Shown: positions 59,796-64,000 of the stretch, piece after piece
Layout: the number at the start of each line of letters is the position of its first letter
How positions within the stretch are numbered: the stretch's first letter is position 1
Source of the DNA: Microbacterium sp.
GTDB lineage: Bacteria; Actinomycetota; Actinomycetes; Actinomycetales; Microbacteriaceae
Direction: 5' to 3'
DNA length: 64,000 nt
NCBI RefSeq assembly: GCF_047972865.1
Contig: NZ_JBKEAY010000072.1
Span: forward strand, 959 to 64,958
The notes under the pieces: model-generated
What the model saw: only the letters and a program-made list of their open reading frames with translations
Databases searched by the model: none
What the model was told of the DNA's origin: nothing
Program-made: the position numbers and the translations under genes

Positions 59796-61156
59796 GCTGA
59801 TTGCAACCGGCCCGCCGCTCCCGGCATTCCGCGGCGCATGCTGTCGTACGCGGCCAGTGCGGCCTGCCGGGTGGCGCGCAGGTCGACGATCGGGGGGAGA
59901 GATGCCGGAGCCGCCGCCCACCGGGCGACATACGCGCCGTCGGGGTCGAACTTCGTGCGTTGCAGGTCGGGGTTGAACACGCGGAAGTACGGGGCGGCGT
60001 CGGCGCCCGACCCGGCCACCCACTGCCAGTTGAACGGGTTGGCGGCCGGGTCGGCGTCGACGAGCGTGTCCCAGAACCAGGTCTCACCGTGTCGCCAGTG
60101 CACCAGCAGGTTCTTCACGAGGAACGACGCGGCCACCATCCGCACACGGTTGTGCATGAACCCGGTGTGCCACAGCTCTCGCATCCCGGCGTCAACCAGC
60201 GCGATTCCGGTGGAGCCGCGCTGCCAGGCGTCGCGGGCCGCGGCGGACGGCTCCGGCCAGGGGAACCGGTCGAACTCGGGCCGGAGGTTGCGGGTCGCCA
60301 GGTCGGGGGCGTGGAACAGCGTGTGCCAGGCGAACTCGCGCCACCCGAGTTCGCGCAGGAACGTGGCCGGGGCCCCGGCGGCGATCGCGGCGTGCCACAC
60401 CTGGTGCGGGCTGAGCTCACCCCACCGCAGCCGCGGCGACAGCAACGAGGTGGCCTCGGCGGCGGGTTCGTCGCGGGCGCGGTCGTAGCCGGCGCTGTCT
60501 TCGTCGAGGAAGGTGCGCAGCCGATCGTGCGCGGCGGGCTCCCCCGGGCTCCAGCGCTTGCGCAGGCCGGCCGCCCAGTCGGGGCGTTGGGGGAGCAGGT
60601 CCCACGCGTCCAGGTCGTCGCTGCCGACCTCAGGCGGCGGGGCCGGCATCTCGGCCGGTTCCGGCAGGGGCCTGCGCGGCGGGGGCGCGGCCAGACAGGC
60701 GTTCCAGAACGGGGTGAACACGGCGTACGGGGTACCGGCGCCGGTGCGCACGGTCCACGGTTCGTGCAGCAGGGATGCTGCGAACGACATCGCTTCGAGT
60801 CCGTCGGCGCGCAGACGCGCCTTGATGCCGGCATCCACCTCTCGTTCCGGTCCGCCGTAGCGGCGGTTCCAGAACACCGCCGACGCGCCCGCCTCGTGAA
60901 CGACGTCGGGGACGACGATCGCCGCCGGACCACGGCGGAGCACGAGCGTGCCGCCGCGCGCGGCGAGGGTCGCGGCGAGCGCGGTGAGGCTGCCGTGCAG
61001 CCACCAGCGCGCCGCGCTGCCGAGGGGACGGATGCCGGGGGACTGCTCATCGAGCACGAACAGCACGACGACCGGTTCGCCGCGGGCCACGGCGGCGTGC
61101 AGTGCCGGGTTGTCGGCGATCCGCAGGTCGTCGCGCAGCCAGACCAGTGACGTCAC
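59792..61156 (-). CDS. phr: Deoxyribodipyrimidine photolyase (class I CPD type)
   Basis: WLRDDLRIADNPAL, TSLLSP, WREF, MHNRVRM, LVDAD, WQW and RVFNP. Confidence 0.92.
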   Translation of the reverse strand: MTSLVWLRDDLRIADNPALHAAVARGEPVVVLFVLDEQSPGIRPLGSAARWWLHGSLTALAATLAARGGTLVLRRGPAAIVVPDVVHEAGASAVFWNRRYGGPEREVDAGIKARLRADGLEAMSFAASLLHEPWTVRTGAGTPYAVFTPFWNACLAAPPPRRPLPEPAEMPAPPPEVGSDDLDAWDLLPQRPDWAAGLRKRWSPGEPAAHDRLRTFLDEDSAGYDRARDEPAAEATSLLSPRLRWGELSPHQVWHAAIAAGAPATFLRELGWREFAWHTLFHAPDLATRNLRPEFDRFPWPEPSAAARDAWQRGSTGIALVDAGMRELWHTGFMHNRVRMVAASFLVKNLLVHWRHGETWFWDTLVDADPAANPFNWQWVAGSGADAAPYFRVFNPDLQRTKFDPDGAYVARWAAAPASLPPIVDLRATRQAALAAYDSMRRGMPGAAGRLQSA

Positions 61157-62142
61157 GAGGCGGCCTCGGCGGGGAGGGCGACGCGCAGCGCGCCGGGGGC
61201 CACTCGCACGCGCAGGTGGGTCGCTTCGCCGAAGGCGTCGCCGTCCAGCTGCACGGGGTGCGGGCCCTGCGCGGCCACGTCGATGCCCGCGCCGCGCGCG
61301 TAGCGCACGGTGTTGTCGCGGGTGCGCAACCGCAGGATGCGGCGGCCGGCGCGGAACCGGCGCAGCACGCTGTTGTCCCACGCGACCCGGCGCCACACCA
61401 GCAGCCAGCCGAGCGGGGTCTTGGGCTGGAAGACGGCGATGTCGAGCTGCCCGTCGGTGAAGGAGGCCTCCGGGATCAGTTCCAGCCCGGCGGGCAGCGA
61501 ACCGCAGTTGGCGAAGACGACGCTGTGGATCTGGGCGCGCAGCATCCGCTGTCCGGGCAGCTGGAAGATGATGGGGAACGGCCGGGCGCCCACGAGCGAC
61601 TTCGCCGCACCGTCGACGTACGCCACCCAGCCGACACGTTTTTTCATCTTGCCGCTCGTGTTGGCGATCATCTGTGCGTCCAGGCCCATGCCGCCCATCA
61701 CCACGAACGCGCGCTCCTCGGTGTCGCCGTCGGCGCGGGTGAGCTTGGCGAATCCGACGTCGATGTCGCGGGTGCGGCCGGCGAAGGTCGCCCGCACCAT
61801 CGGCCCGGGGGATTCCAGCGGGAGGCGCAGGTTGCGCGCCAGCAGGTTGCCCGTGCCGCTGGGGATGATGGTGAGGGGGATGCCGGTGCCGGCCATCGCC
61901 TCGCTCACGGCGCGCACGGTGCCGTCGCCGCCGGCGACCAGGACGGCATCCGGCCGGCCGGCCAGCGCCTGCCGGGCCACACCGTCGCCGAGGTCGTCGA
62001 CGGTCGTCTCGAAGAAGTCGGGCGGGTCCCAGCCGTTGCGCTCCGACTCGGCGCGGACCAGCCGGCGCAGCGCCGGTCCGTCGGCCTTCACCGGGTTGTA
62101 GACGACCGCCGCCCGGTGTGGGCGGGGCGGGGATTCGTCCAT
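61153..62142 (-). CDS. Diacylglycerol kinase family lipid kinase
   Basis: YNP, GGDGT, PSGTGNLLARNL and QLDGD. Confidence 0.9.
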   Translation of the reverse strand: MDESPPRPHRAAVVYNPVKADGPALRRLVRAESERNGWDPPDFFETTVDDLGDGVARQALAGRPDAVLVAGGDGTVRAVSEAMAGTGIPLTIIPSGTGNLLARNLRLPLESPGPMVRATFAGRTRDIDVGFAKLTRADGDTEERAFVVMGGMGLDAQMIANTSGKMKKRVGWVAYVDGAAKSLVGARPFPIIFQLPGQRMLRAQIHSVVFANCGSLPAGLELIPEASFTDGQLDIAVFQPKTPLGWLLVWRRVAWDNSVLRRFRAGRRILRLRTRDNTVRYARGAGIDVAAQGPHPVQLDGDAFGEATHLRVRVAPGALRVALPAEAAS

Positions 62143-62234
62143 TCCTTCACGATAACCCCGCGTCGCCCCCGGTTCGTCAGCCTGCGCGTTGCACAGATGA
62201 ACAGGACGAGTGAGCAGGTGGTGGACAATCGAGA

Positions 62235-62270
62235 GAGTGGTCTATACCATTACGGCGGTATAGACCACTC
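62235..62270. promoter_or_regulatory. Double GntR/HutC-like operator upstream of the PTS gene
   Basis: Perfect 14-bp IR GAGTGGTCTATACC-N8-GGTATAGACCACTC; the left arm lies within the near-palindrome TGGTCTATACCA. Confidence 0.7.
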
Positions 62271-62283
62271 GGAAGGAGTCGAC

Positions 62284-64000
62284 ATGGATGTCGCTTTGGA
62301 CATCGTCCAGACCATCACGGACAACCTGTTCAGCCAGGTTGCGCTGCTGATCGGGATCATCGCGCTGATCGGCCTGCTACTGCAGCGCAAGCCGGTGGAG
62401 GAGGTGGTGGCCGGGAGCCTGCGCGCGACGATCGGCGTCGTCATCCTCAACATCGGCATCGACATCTTCGTCGGCGGCTTGCTGAGCTTCCAGGCCATCG
62501 TCTCCAGCGCCGTCGGCCTGCAACCGCCGACCGCGGCCTCGAGCCTGGCCGAGTTCACCGCCGGTGCCGGATCGGTCGTGCCCGTCATCATCGCGGGTGG
62601 GTTCGTCGTGCACCTGCTGCTGGTGCGCATCTTCCCCGCCGCGCGGTTCGTCTACCTCACCGGCCACCTCATGTACTGGATGGCCGTCGTCATCGCCGCC
62701 AGCTTCGTCGAGGCCTTCGGCGACGTCGACCGGTGGACGCTCGCCGGGGTGGGCGCGATCGTGATCGGCTGCTACTGGGTGCTGCAACCGCTGTGGACCG
62801 AGCCGCTCATGCGCAAGGTGATGGGTGACGACTCGGTGGGCCTGGCCCACACCACCTCGACGCTCGCCGTCGCGACCGGGTACGGTGCCCGCGCGCTGCG
62901 CCTGGGCGACCCGGTGCGCCACAACGCCGAGAACCTCACGCTGCCGAAGGCGCTGTCGTTCTTCAAGGACATCAACGTGTCCACGGCGTTCGTGATCGGC
63001 GTCATCATGCTCGTCGCGATCGCGTTCGCCGACCCCGAGGTCGTCAGCGCGCAGATGGGCTCCTCGACGGTGCTGCCGTGGGTGTGGGGGCTGCTGCAGG
63101 CGCTCCGGTTCGCCGCCGGTATCGCGATCCTGCTGTTCGGGGTGCGCATGTTCCTCGCCGAGATCGTGCCCGCGTTCAAGGGACTGTCCGAGAAGGCGCT
63201 GCCGGGGGCGCGCCCCGCGCTGGACATCCCGGTGACGTTCACCAGAGCCCCCACCGCCGTGATGGTCGGCTTCCTCACCTCGTCCGTCGTGTTCCTGCTG
63301 CTCATGGGCGTGTTCGCCGCCGCCGGCTGGTTCGTGCTCGTGCCGCCGATGATCATGCTCTTCTTCGGGGGCGGTGCCGGCGGCGTGTTCGGCAACGCGG
63401 TCGCCGGTTGGCGCGGGGCGGTGTTCGGCGGTGTGCTCAACGGCATCCTGCTGGCGTTCGGTCAGTGGCTGTCGTGGCAGCTCTACAGCGGCACGGCACC
63501 CGAACTGGCCACGCTCGCCGACCCGGACTGGTTCGCCGTGGGGTGGTTGCTGATCGGGGCCGGTGCGCTGCTGTCGCCGCTGGGCGCCGGGGCGATCTGG
63601 GTGATCGCCGGCGGCGTGCTGGCGGTCACCGTGGTCGTGCTGCTCGTGATGGGCCGCACCCGCACCGCGCCCGCGGCCACCCACGTCGACGAGGCCGCGC
63701 CCGTGGCCACGTCCCCCGTGTCCGGCGCCCGCGCGACGGCGATGGCGGGTGCCGCGCCCGGCGGCGCCGCCCCAGGGGCGGGTGCCCGCGCGGATCGTCC
63801 GAGCCCGATGGTCGTGCTCGCCGTGTGCGGTGCGGGCATGGGGTCCAGCCTCATCCTGCGCACCACCGCCGAGAAGGTGCTGCGCGAGATGGGCGTGGAG
63901 TTCACGATCTCCCACACCGATGCCGGATCGGCGCGCGGCATGACGGCGGATGTCGTCGTGGCGCAACCCACCTACCTCGACGAACTCGGCGACCTCGCCC
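62284..64000 (+). CDS. PTS ascorbate-family (UlaA/SgaT) IIC fused to IIB; gene runs off the window end
   Basis: Not in the ORF track. MDVALDIVQTITDNLF..., VYLTGH, EIVPAFKG, PALD, FFGGG, then in-frame VLAVCGAGMGSSL (IIB Cys); GAAGGAG RBS. Confidence 0.88.
   Translation, partial: MDVALDIVQTITDNLFSQVALLIGIIALIGLLLQRKPVEEVVAGSLRATIGVVILNIGIDIFVGGLLSFQAIVSSAVGLQPPTAASSLAEFTAGAGSVVPVIIAGGFVVHLLLVRIFPAARFVYLTGHLMYWMAVVIAASFVEAFGDVDRWTLAGVGAIVIGCYWVLQPLWTEPLMRKVMGDDSVGLAHTTSTLAVATGYGARALRLGDPVRHNAENLTLPKALSFFKDINVSTAFVIGVIMLVAIAFADPEVVSAQMGSSTVLPWVWGLLQALRFAAGIAILLFGVRMFLAEIVPAFKGLSEKALPGARPALDIPVTFTRAPTAVMVGFLTSSVVFLLLMGVFAAAGWFVLVPPMIMLFFGGGAGGVFGNAVAGWRGAVFGGVLNGILLAFGQWLSWQLYSGTAPELATLADPDWFAVGWLLIGAGALLSPLGAGAIWVIAGGVLAVTVVVLLVMGRTRTAPAATHVDEAAPVATSPVSGARATAMAGAAPGGAAPGAGARADRPSPMVVLAVCGAGMGSSLILRTTAEKVLREMGVEFTISHTDAGSARGMTADVVVAQPTYLDELGDLA

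Overview
High-GC actinobacterial chromosome segment. Gene content and promoter style suggest Microbacteriaceae, probably Microbacterium; this is inferred, not searched. I call about 58 CDSs and see no rRNA, tRNA, CRISPR array, transposase or prophage. In order: a GAF/AAA+/Fis regulator with an LLM monooxygenase, SDR and orphan binding protein; pobA with two IclR genes; a Tat multicopper oxidase; nitroreductase, GNAT and thioesterase; a full-length PutA-like ORF; an XRE operon; a sulfur cluster (flavin reductase-sfnG-OsmC, molybdo-oxidoreductase, TauE); a two-component system with DUF1772; a circularly permuted ATP-grasp/alpha-E/transglutaminase operon; a glucuronide operon (uxaC-uxuB-uidA-uidB-manD-gluconokinase-LacI); GH3; MarR-MFS; a lipoate ligase coupled to an orphan DNA methyltransferase; galE; an NgcE-type ABC cluster; an LPXTG surface protein; pgm; pheA; a DAGK-photolyase-LLM operon; and a fused PTS IIC-IIB. 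Best leads: (1) the intact 1256-aa PutA homolog has lost canonical catalytic residues in both active sites and may be a pseudoenzyme; (2) a ~73-nt structured intergenic repeat occurs three times and keeps its pairing as the sequence diverges; (3) the ATP-grasp ligase carries a Gln/Glu tail in an operon with a transglutaminase; (4) a GAFTGA-less enhancer-binding-like regulator has a candidate operator, GTCTCA-N3-TGAGAC, at two adjacent promoters. All family calls come from reading motifs by eye; no database searches were run.
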